A stretch of 35,734 bases of DNA from an uncultured Leptospirales bacterium (GTDB lineage Bacteria > Spirochaetota > UBA4802 > UBA5550), in the NCBI GenBank assembly GCA_964438485.1, contig CAYTLM010000001.1:1-35734 (forward strand), written 5' to 3'. A program made the translations under genes and the position numbers. Below the pieces are notes generated by a model. It did no database searches. It was not told the DNA's origin and saw nothing but the letters and a program-made list of their open reading frames with translations. Shown here piece by piece: positions 1 to 8,218 of the stretch (the first letter of the stretch is position 1; the number at the start of each line of letters is the position of its first letter).

Positions 1-218
1 AAATAGGCAACTATATCACTTAGAAATGCTCCCAAATAACAGCCGGCAAAAATAATATATTTATTTTCCGGAATTATTGTAGCAGCAATTGATGCTGAAA
101 TAATAAAAACAAGATCTTCAGAAACAGGAAAATTCAGACCTGCTAACATAAGCAGGCCAAAGGAAATAAAATGAAGATTTTCCGCCATAGAGGTGGATAA
201 AATAGTTACTATATCCAT
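1..218 (-). CDS. DedA/VTT-family inner-membrane protein, N-terminal part only (gene runs off the left edge; not in ORF track)
   Basis: Reverse-complement translation from ATG at 216-218 gives MDIVTILSTSMAENLHFISFGLLMLAGLNFPVSEDLVFIISASIAATIIPENKYIIFAGCYLGAFLSDIVAY. It is hydrophobic, with the P-x-S/E-E and GAxxxD-xxxY patterns typical of DedA/SNARE-associated proteins. The reading frame stays open to position 1. Confidence 0.65.
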   Translation of the reverse strand, partial: MDIVTILSTSMAENLHFISFGLLMLAGLNFPVSEDLVFIISASIAATIIPENKYIIFAGCYLGAFLSDIVAY

Positions 219-232
219 TGTTGTCCATATAT

Positions 233-568
233 TTACACAATAAAAGTTTCAGACTTAATAGCAAGATTTCCTTTTTTTACCCATAATCTTATCATATAGG
301 CATTTTCACCTTCATCTGAACTGAGAGTTCCAATTTCTTCTATAGAAGAAATTGTGTCCATATAAAATTCATAAAAAACTTTTTTTTCATCAAAGGGATT
401 TTGAATGAGCATAATAACATTTTCTCTGGAAGGATGCCTCTTTGGAGACCCTTCAAATGCCTCACTATCCTGTTTTAAATCAATAGTTCTTATTTTATCA
501 ATACTGGAATGTGGTAACAATTCAATCAGCTTTTGAACGTATTTTTTATCTTCCATATGTTCCTCCAT
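233..568 (-). CDS. Hypothetical small cytoplasmic protein (107-111 aa), probably co-transcribed with the downstream DedA gene
   Basis: Intact ORF ending 14 nt before the DedA start. The second ATG (556) is preceded by GGAGGA at 5-nt spacing (minus strand: ATGGAGGAACATATG), so the true start is more likely 556. No family recognised. Confidence 0.5.
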   Translation of the reverse strand: MEEHMEDKKYVQKLIELLPHSSIDKIRTIDLKQDSEAFEGSPKRHPSRENVIMLIQNPFDEKKVFYEFYMDTISSIEEIGTLSSDEGENAYMIRLWVKKGNLAIKSETFIV

Positions 569-678
569 GTTTTATAAAACCCTGTAAATTCTCCAAAAAA
601 ACATACATTATTTTACTGGTTATTTTAGTACTTGACTTAACAGGAATTATTCTCAAATATAAAAACATAATATAAACG

Positions 679-2949
679 ATGAGTAAACAAACTTTTATGA
701 GCCTTAACAAAAAAATCAGCATTCTGCTTTTTTTATCAACAGCACTAATTATACTTTTTTTGCTATTTAGAATTATAGTCAATATAATTTTGCCTGAAAA
801 TATTGTGTCAGAAAATATTCATACGATTTTCAAAACATCCTTTTCAAAATCGATTAATTTTGACCGCCTCTATGTTAGCTATTCAGCAAACATCATTCTT
901 GAAAATTTCCAAATGTCAAACTCAACTGATTTTAATGACAACAAAAATTTAATTAAAAGCAGAAAAGTTATAATAAATACAAGCTTAATAGATCTTCTAA
1001 AAGGCAATATTGAATTAACCGGAATAAAATTCAAATCACCGGAAATCAACATAATTAAAAGCTCCGGGAAAAACTACAAAGAAACTTTTGAGGAGATCTT
1101 TACTACAAATACAGAAAACAATAAACTATCCTCAATTATAAAAAAAAGACTTTTGCTTCAATTTAATGATTCAACTTTAATTTATAAAGAAACATTTAAA
1201 AACTCAAAAACCGAATTAAAGATTACCAGTCTCAATGCTGAAATATTTTTTAATGAAGAGCAAATTGATTTTAATGTCAATGGAAAAATAAAAAGGAAAT
1301 CAGAGGAAAAAAATTTTACAGGAAATATTTCCTCAAAGGGATTCTATAATTTTTCCACTTTGAATTATAACAATAAATCAAAATTTGAACAGATTGATCT
1401 GGAATATCTTAATAGTTTTATTTATGAAAAAAATTTAATACCATTCACTTTTTCCGGACTGCTTTCAGGAGAAATTGCTTTAAAGTGCAATGATGAAAAA
1501 ATAAAATGCGATTCCACTATTGAGCTGCACAGCCTTGGTTCAATGTACACTGGAAAAGAATCTCCATATAAAATAGTATCCAATGAAAATGCAGAAGTTG
1601 AAATAAAATTAACACTTTCCCGTGATTACAGCAATATAAATATAGATGAAATTAATATTGATGATGGAATCTTAAAAGCTGATATAAACGGAACCTATGA
1701 AAAGGGGCTTGGTTTTTCAACAAAATTCAACACGAACAACGTAAATTTCGATCAATTATCTGACCACCTGATTATATTTAAAAACCATAAGTACAAGGGT
1801 ACAGGGAAAATAAAGGGTGAGCTGAAATACAGTATAGCTGAAAAAAAGCCATCAGACCTGAATTTTGAATTATTACTAAAGAACTTTAATCTTATCCCTA
1901 AAACTAATGAAATCAATACAATCAAAATTTCTCAATGCAATACAGAAATAAAAGCAGATATTTCCTCTATCAATTGCAAATCCGAGTTTATTATCAATGG
2001 CTCTGATTTCTCTATAGAAACAAAAACCTCTATAAATAAATGGAATCCTTTAAAATCAGACACCAATGCAAAAATAGAATCAAAAAGGATAGAGCTTTCG
2101 CTTTTTGAAAAGTATGCATTTCCTTTTATTTCAGATCTTTACCAGGCTGGCTTTGTTGATCTTGCCAGAGGATACGATGAACGATCATTTCTCAACAATC
2201 CGGAAGGGATCTTTATCAATAATAATAATATTAACATAGACATAAAATCAGAGAACCTTTTGATTGCAGGAAAAGCAGACCTGAAAGACTTTTCCATGGA
2301 TCTGGCTTTAAATAACGGTTTTATTAGAACAAACAGCTTTAACCTTCAGGGCTATGACGGGAAATATTCCGGGAATATATACTGTGTTTTAAGGCAGGCT
2401 TACCCCTATATTAAAATTGAAGTAGCAGGTTCCGGCCTTAATCTTGACAGCATTATTAAAGATGCGGCATTTGATTATACCGGGGGAGGCATCCTTAATT
2501 TTGATTTATCCTATGAAACAAATGCCTTTAGGGTTGCACATTTTGTTCAGAATGGCAGAGGCGGAATAAATATTGATATAAGAAAAGGACATCTTTCAGG
2601 AGCTGAATTTCAAAAAAAGATCTCTTCCTTTATTACAACAAAAGGATACGGAGAAACCAATATCAATGATCTGGATATTGATTCTTTTACATTTGGATTT
2701 TCACAGGGAGGAGCTAATTTTTATATTAAAAATTTCGGGATGCGAAGCAATAAGCTTTATTTTCAAACCTATGGGAATTTTAAATATCCAGATAATCTTT
2801 CTGTACCTTTTTCAATATCAGTCAAAACTGAAGCAGATAAAACTGTTACAGTTCCTCTGCTCATATTTAATTCGCCTGCAAATCCATGTATAAAAATGAA
2901 TTTAAAAAAAGACGAAGATAAAATCTGCTTTAATCTTTTAAATCAATGA
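679..2949 (+). CDS. AsmA-family outer-membrane biogenesis/lipid-transport-like protein (N-terminal membrane anchor, large periplasmic beta-rich region)
   Basis: 756-aa ORF with one N-terminal TM helix (ISILLFLSTALIILFLLFRIIV). The repetitive beta-strand-rich body is followed by a C-terminal segment (GGINIDIRKGHLSG...FTFGFSQGGANFYIKNFGMRS..LYFQTYGNF) resembling the AsmA C-terminal domain. No obvious Shine-Dalgarno at 679. Confidence 0.55.
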   Translation: MSKQTFMSLNKKISILLFLSTALIILFLLFRIIVNIILPENIVSENIHTIFKTSFSKSINFDRLYVSYSANIILENFQMSNSTDFNDNKNLIKSRKVIINTSLIDLLKGNIELTGIKFKSPEINIIKSSGKNYKETFEEIFTTNTENNKLSSIIKKRLLLQFNDSTLIYKETFKNSKTELKITSLNAEIFFNEEQIDFNVNGKIKRKSEEKNFTGNISSKGFYNFSTLNYNNKSKFEQIDLEYLNSFIYEKNLIPFTFSGLLSGEIALKCNDEKIKCDSTIELHSLGSMYTGKESPYKIVSNENAEVEIKLTLSRDYSNINIDEINIDDGILKADINGTYEKGLGFSTKFNTNNVNFDQLSDHLIIFKNHKYKGTGKIKGELKYSIAEKKPSDLNFELLLKNFNLIPKTNEINTIKISQCNTEIKADISSINCKSEFIINGSDFSIETKTSINKWNPLKSDTNAKIESKRIELSLFEKYAFPFISDLYQAGFVDLARGYDERSFLNNPEGIFINNNNINIDIKSENLLIAGKADLKDFSMDLALNNGFIRTNSFNLQGYDGKYSGNIYCVLRQAYPYIKIEVAGSGLNLDSIIKDAAFDYTGGGILNFDLSYETNAFRVAHFVQNGRGGINIDIRKGHLSGAEFQKKISSFITTKGYGETNINDLDIDSFTFGFSQGGANFYIKNFGMRSNKLYFQTYGNFKYPDNLSVPFSISVKTEADKTVTVPLLIFNSPANPCIKMNLKKDEDKICFNLLNQ

Positions 2950-5098
2950 GCTCATAAATTTTAACTGGCTGCTCCTTACCCTTAACCTTTATAATATCAA
3001 GCTCCCTTGCTATTATATGATCCTTCACATGCTGATAAGTAAATTCACTTATAATAATATTTGTGCCATATATTTTATTTATTCCTTCAAGGCGGGAACC
3101 CAGGTTTACATTATCACCCATTAAAGTATAATCCATCCTTGAAGATGATCCCATATTACCCACAACCATATCACCTGTATTTATTCCAATGCCTATATCA
3201 AGTCTTGGCTTTCCTTCCTCATCCCAGGTTTTGTTCATTTCATGAAGCACCTCAATCATTTCGATTCCTGCCATGCACGCCTTAAGGGCATGATCCTCCA
3301 CGTCAATTGGAGCACCCCAGAATGCCATTATTGCATCACCAATATATTTATCCAGAGTGCCGTAATATTTTATCACGATATCTGTCATTGCCTGAAGATA
3401 AACATTCAGGTGTTCAACAAGCTCCTCTGGAGTTAATATTTCAGAAATAGAAGTAAAACCTCTGATATCAGAAAACATAACTGTTAATGTTTTTTTCTCA
3501 CCACCAAGTTTAACCTTGCTTGGATCTTTAAGAAGCTCATCAACAACAGACTTGGAAACAAACTTGGAAAATGTCTGCCTTATATATTTTTTTTCCTGCT
3601 GTTCATTCACCACACGATATGTAACAAGCATTGTATAGGTAAGTGCAGTCTGGATTAAAGGTGTTGACAGGGCATTAATAATGCTAAAAAAATCAAAAAG
3701 AAGATATGAACCTACAATATAAAAAAGTACAAATAATAGAGCAGTAATTAAAGATGTAACAATTGTCATTTTTTGAACAATAAAAGCCAGGAATAATGCT
3801 ATAGCAAGCATTACTATTATGTTTTCAAAATCAGACAGTTTATATAAAAAATCCTGTTTAATAATAGTGTTTAATGCATTAGCATGATGTTCAATCCCAA
3901 AGGCAGCTCCATAGGGTGACTGCTTTTCATCAGTAGCAACACCTGTAACAGAATAAGCTGCAACCAGCAATATTTTGTCCTTAAGGGAATCATTCCCTTC
4001 CAGAGAACCATCTCTGGCAAAAAGATAATATGGATAATGCTGAAAGCTTCCTGAACCCCCAATAAAATTTACAACCATGAACCCATAATCATCAATGGGA
4101 ATTATTATTTCTCCTGAAGGATTAGGCTTTGTCATTTTATCCTTTTGAATATTTTTTAATTTAATAAACTCACCTATTTTTATTTCAACATCCTCAGGGC
4201 CAATACCAAAATAATCCATGGCAACAACAAGATCAATATTAGGATAATACCATCCATCGTATTTTATTATCAGAGGAACTGATCTGTTTATTCCGTCACG
4301 TCCGGGAAAAACATTTGCAAATCCAATGCCCTTTGATGCTTTAATAAGATCAGGAGTGGGCGGTACAACCTCTGCAACAATCTGGGGCATAGTATCATTA
4401 GCATCAAGGGGAAACCTTACTGTGTTAAGAAGCTCCAGTCTTTCATTCTGATCCTTATAAGTTATATCTATTTCATCATTTTCAAATGGGTAGTCCAGAA
4501 AAGCAACCTTTGATTTTTCAACAGCTTTAATCAGTTCTTTCTCACCTTTTTTATGATCTAAAAACATTATATCAAATAGTATTGCAGCAGGATTACCTGT
4601 TGAAATAAATCGTGTAAATTTAGCGTGAAGCTCCCATGGGAAAGGCCAGAAAATTCCCTGATCAGAAAACTCTCTGACTGTGCTTTCATCAATTCCCAGA
4701 ATCACTATATCTTTACTTGCCCTGGGATTAATTCTGTTCATGCGCACCCCTTCATCAATCTTTATTGATTTTTGGGAAGGGTCACGTAAATAAAATCTGA
4801 AATCTATAGCTCCCCATTCAAGTCCGGCTAAAAGGGTTGTATGAGAAAAAGAGAGTGCAATAATTATGAAAACTGTTAAAGTTATAAATGGGACAATCAG
4901 CTTATCAGGTATTTTAATAATAACAAAAAGAAAAATTACTCCAACAGGTCCTGTAATAAGGCCTACAAGAAAATAAAATAGTTTATTTCTGCCATACTTA
5001 TCTGCAATATATCTTCCAGCAAATGCTGATAAGATTAATATTGCAATTATTAAAAGTATTTTTAATGTGACAAAAATAATTTCCATAATAGCACCCAA
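2930..5098 (-). CDS. Membrane-bound class III adenylate/guanylate cyclase with CHASE2 sensor domain
   Basis: N-terminal TM helices, then a CHASE2-like periplasmic region (IVILGIDESTVREF...GFANV), three more TM helices, and a C-terminal cyclase domain (TVMFSDIRGFTSISE, GDAIMAFWGAP, INTGDMVVGNMGS, DYTLMGDNVNLGSRLEG). The start could instead be the Met 4 codons downstream (5086). Confidence 0.85.
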   Translation of the reverse strand: MGAIMEIIFVTLKILLIIAILILSAFAGRYIADKYGRNKLFYFLVGLITGPVGVIFLFVIIKIPDKLIVPFITLTVFIIIALSFSHTTLLAGLEWGAIDFRFYLRDPSQKSIKIDEGVRMNRINPRASKDIVILGIDESTVREFSDQGIFWPFPWELHAKFTRFISTGNPAAILFDIMFLDHKKGEKELIKAVEKSKVAFLDYPFENDEIDITYKDQNERLELLNTVRFPLDANDTMPQIVAEVVPPTPDLIKASKGIGFANVFPGRDGINRSVPLIIKYDGWYYPNIDLVVAMDYFGIGPEDVEIKIGEFIKLKNIQKDKMTKPNPSGEIIIPIDDYGFMVVNFIGGSGSFQHYPYYLFARDGSLEGNDSLKDKILLVAAYSVTGVATDEKQSPYGAAFGIEHHANALNTIIKQDFLYKLSDFENIIVMLAIALFLAFIVQKMTIVTSLITALLFVLFYIVGSYLLFDFFSIINALSTPLIQTALTYTMLVTYRVVNEQQEKKYIRQTFSKFVSKSVVDELLKDPSKVKLGGEKKTLTVMFSDIRGFTSISEILTPEELVEHLNVYLQAMTDIVIKYYGTLDKYIGDAIMAFWGAPIDVEDHALKACMAGIEMIEVLHEMNKTWDEEGKPRLDIGIGINTGDMVVGNMGSSSRMDYTLMGDNVNLGSRLEGINKIYGTNIIISEFTYQHVKDHIIARELDIIKVKGKEQPVKIYELIDLKD

Positions 5099-5314
5099 TA
5101 ATAATGGTTTGTTGAATCAATTATATTGTTTATAAGCAGAAAACATAAAAAGTCAATCCTTTTTCAATCCAATGCAGCCCTTGATTCTGCTCAATAAATA
5201 TGATTGACAAAAAAGGGAAGAAACTATGTTTTTAAGTATAAATTCCCCCTATATAAATAATCGAGAAGAGGGGTGAGCTTTCCCTGAGATTGAAAATTCA
5301 CAAGAGGTGTCAGA

Positions 5315-6982
5315 TTGAACATCAGAGAAGAATTACTTAATATATTAATAAATGCAAAAAATTCCGCAATAAAAGCTGGTGAACTCCCTGATTGCGATTA
5401 TCCGGATATAAAAATAGAGTATCCAAAGGAAGCTAAATTTGGTGATTATTCAACCCCCTTTGCTCTTGAATCAGCAAGGCTTATAAAAAAGTCACCCATG
5501 GAAACAGGAGAAATTTTAAAAAAATACATAGAAAATAATAACATAGCAGGGTCTGTTGATGTTGTAAAGCCCGGCTTTATAAATATTTATATTTCCTTTG
5601 AGCATCTCTTTTCAGGAATTATCAAGGCACGTAAAGAAGGTACAAGCTTTGGAAAAAGCGTAAAGACTTCTCCATTATATTATAATATAGAATTTGTTTC
5701 AGCCAATCCCACAGGCCCGCTTAATGTTGTATCAGCCCGTGCTGCTGCAATTGGGGATACAATAGCAAATCTTCTGGAAGCAAATGGAGACACTGTTGAC
5801 AGGGAGTTTTATGTAAATGATTATGGAAACCAGGTTAATCTTCTGGGAATTTCTGTTCTTGAAAGAATAAAAGAAATAAGGGGAGAGGCTTTCTCCTTCC
5901 CTGATGATGGATATCATGGTGAATATGTTAAAGAAATTGCATCATGGATAAATGAAAATTATAGCAGCGAACTTGACTCAATAGAAAATACTTCCCAGGC
6001 AATAGAGTTTGCTGCACGAAAAGCAATTGAGCATAATGTAAAATCTCAAAAAAAGGATCTTGAAGATTTCCATGTTATATTTAAGCAATGGTTTCATGAA
6101 AGCACTATGCATGAAAACAACGATGTTTTAAAAACATTTAACCTGCTTGAATCAAAAAACTTTATATATGAAGAAGATGGTAAAAAAGTTTTTAAATCAA
6201 CAGACTTTGGAGATGACAAGGACAGGGTAGTAATAAGGGATGATGGCAGACCCACATACCTGCTGGCTGATGTGGCATATCACAACAACAAGCTTAAACG
6301 GGGTTATGACAGAGTAATTGATATTTGGGGTCCAGATCATCATGGATACATAGCAAGGCTTTCAGGCGCAGTAGAGGCACTTGGCTATGACAAAGAGAAG
6401 TTTAAAGTTCTTATAGCCCAGCAGGTAAACCTTATTATGGAAGGTGAAGCTGTTAAAATGTCCAAAAGGCTGGGAAACTTTTCAACCATGCGCGAGCTTA
6501 TTGATGAAGTAGGGGTGGATGTTTCCAGATATTTCTTTATAATGAGATCAATGGACAGCCATCTGGACTTTGACCTTGGTCTTGCGAAAAAAAACAGTTC
6601 GGAAAATCCGGTATTTTATCTTCAGTATGCCCATGCAAGAATCTGTTCTATTTTTCGTGAAGCTGAAAAAAGAGGAATAAATTATAATCCAGATATGGTT
6701 TCTCCTGAACTTTTAAATACGCCTTTTGCTGTAACCCTAATGAAGCAGATTGTAAAATTCCCTGAAGAGATTGCTGATGCTGCTGAAAATTTTGAGCCAC
6801 ATAGAATAGCATCCTTTTTAACGAAGATTGCCCAGTCCTATCACAGGTTTTACACAGAGCAGAGAATACTGAGTGATGATATTACTGCAACCCGGACATA
6901 TCTGCTATTATCTGAGGCAGCAAGGATAGTGATTCAAAACGGATTAAAAATACTAGGTGTTTCAGCACCGGAAGTTATGTAA
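5315..6982 (+). CDS. argS: Arginine--tRNA ligase
   Basis: 555 aa with a TTG start preceded by AGAGGTG. Class I signatures are present: SANPTGPLNVVSARAAAIGD (HIGH-region equivalent), KMSKRLGN (KMSK motif), and a C-terminal anticodon-binding DALR-type region ending in the family-typical M. Confidence 0.93.
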   Translation: MNIREELLNILINAKNSAIKAGELPDCDYPDIKIEYPKEAKFGDYSTPFALESARLIKKSPMETGEILKKYIENNNIAGSVDVVKPGFINIYISFEHLFSGIIKARKEGTSFGKSVKTSPLYYNIEFVSANPTGPLNVVSARAAAIGDTIANLLEANGDTVDREFYVNDYGNQVNLLGISVLERIKEIRGEAFSFPDDGYHGEYVKEIASWINENYSSELDSIENTSQAIEFAARKAIEHNVKSQKKDLEDFHVIFKQWFHESTMHENNDVLKTFNLLESKNFIYEEDGKKVFKSTDFGDDKDRVVIRDDGRPTYLLADVAYHNNKLKRGYDRVIDIWGPDHHGYIARLSGAVEALGYDKEKFKVLIAQQVNLIMEGEAVKMSKRLGNFSTMRELIDEVGVDVSRYFFIMRSMDSHLDFDLGLAKKNSSENPVFYLQYAHARICSIFREAEKRGINYNPDMVSPELLNTPFAVTLMKQIVKFPEEIADAAENFEPHRIASFLTKIAQSYHRFYTEQRILSDDITATRTYLLLSEAARIVIQNGLKILGVSAPEVM

Positions 6983-6985
6983 AAG

Positions 6986-8218
6986 ATGATCAAGACTGTT
7001 ACAGTAATTGCTACAGGTGAAGAGCTGCTCCAGGGAACAACTGTGGATAGAAACAGCTCCTTTATAAGCAGCCGTTTTTTTGGCACAAATTTCAAGGTGA
7101 TTAAGCATATTACAGTTGGTGATACAAGAAACGATATTGTAAAAACCCTATTATCCGCCCTTGATTATTCAGATATTGTTATAGTCACAGGAGGGCTTGG
7201 CCCAACAGATGATGATAACACAGTAGAGGCCCTTTGTTCTATTTTTAATACAACTCCTGTATATGATGAAGTTGCTAAAAATAAGATGGAAGAATTTTTT
7301 TCATCAATGAAAATAGACATTAAGGAATCTGATTATAAAATGATTTCCCTTCCAGAAAATTCTATTTCTCTGGGAAATCCAAAGGGGCTTGCTCCAGGTT
7401 TCATGATCTCATCTGACAACAAGCTTGTTGTATCTCTTCCTGGAGTACCTGATGAGATGATGGGAATATTTGATACATCCCTGCTTGAATATCTGGAAAA
7501 GAACATAGGTTTTTCAAGGGGCATGAACCTTTCTTATAAAATCTGTGGGATAAGAGAATCTGAAATAAACAAAATAATACTGGAACTTAATCTGCCAAAA
7601 AATATAACCTGGGGGATTAGCGCCAAACAGGGAATAAGCGACCTCGTTTTAATTGGAGAGGGTGAAGTTTTTGTCAACAAAGACGAAGCTGATGCCACTA
7701 TAAAAATGGGATTTAAGGATTATCTTCTTGATTCATCATTTAACACTCCTGAGGAGGAGCTCATAAGCTTGTTAGAGGAAAAAGGCCATACTTTTTCAAC
7801 TGCTGAATCCTGTACTGGCGGACTCATAGGTAAAAAAATTACAGATGTACCAGGCTCATCATCTGTTTACAATGGCACTGTAACAGCCTACAGCAATGAA
7901 GCAAAGATAAACTTCCTTGATGTTGACCCTGCTATAATCGAAAACCATGGTGCAGTTAGTGAAGAAACAGCAGCAGCAATGGTAAAAGGTTGTGCTGAAA
8001 AATTTAAAACAACAGCTGCTATTTCCACTACAGGGATTGCAGGGCCAGGTGGGGGAAGCAAAGATAAACCTATTGGTACAGTCTGTTTTGGCTTTTATTT
8101 TATGGGGCAGATTAATACTGTTACGCGTTTTATAAATGGCACCAGAGAGAGGATAAGGAATCATTCCTCAATATATGCTATTAATAATTTACGCACAATA
8201 CTAAAGGAGCAGAGATGA
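6986..8218 (+). CDS. cinA: CinA-family protein (MoCF-binding domain + NMN amidohydrolase PncC-like domain)
   Basis: N-terminus VIATGEELLQGTTVDRNS...VIVTGGLGPTDDDNT matches the MoCF-binding domain. C-terminus FSTAESCTGGLIGKKITDVPGSS...ISTTGIAGPGGGSKDKPIGTV matches the CinA/PncC domain. The gene starts 4 nt after argS. Confidence 0.88.
   Translation: MIKTVTVIATGEELLQGTTVDRNSSFISSRFFGTNFKVIKHITVGDTRNDIVKTLLSALDYSDIVIVTGGLGPTDDDNTVEALCSIFNTTPVYDEVAKNKMEEFFSSMKIDIKESDYKMISLPENSISLGNPKGLAPGFMISSDNKLVVSLPGVPDEMMGIFDTSLLEYLEKNIGFSRGMNLSYKICGIRESEINKIILELNLPKNITWGISAKQGISDLVLIGEGEVFVNKDEADATIKMGFKDYLLDSSFNTPEEELISLLEEKGHTFSTAESCTGGLIGKKITDVPGSSSVYNGTVTAYSNEAKINFLDVDPAIIENHGAVSEETAAAMVKGCAEKFKTTAAISTTGIAGPGGGSKDKPIGTVCFGFYFMGQINTVTRFINGTRERIRNHSSIYAINNLRTILKEQR

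Noticed and set aside
546-782. 78-aa minus-strand ORF spanning the divergent promoter region
   Set aside because: It overlaps both the 5' end of the 111-aa gene and the start of the AsmA-like gene. It is hydrophobic AT-rich noise with no RBS.
5099-5314. T-box or other known riboswitch upstream of argS
   Set aside because: The region is too short. It lacks the T-box consensus (AAnnnGGGTGGTACCGCG-like) and a specifier-loop architecture. Only the short hairpin/uORF reported in findings is visible.
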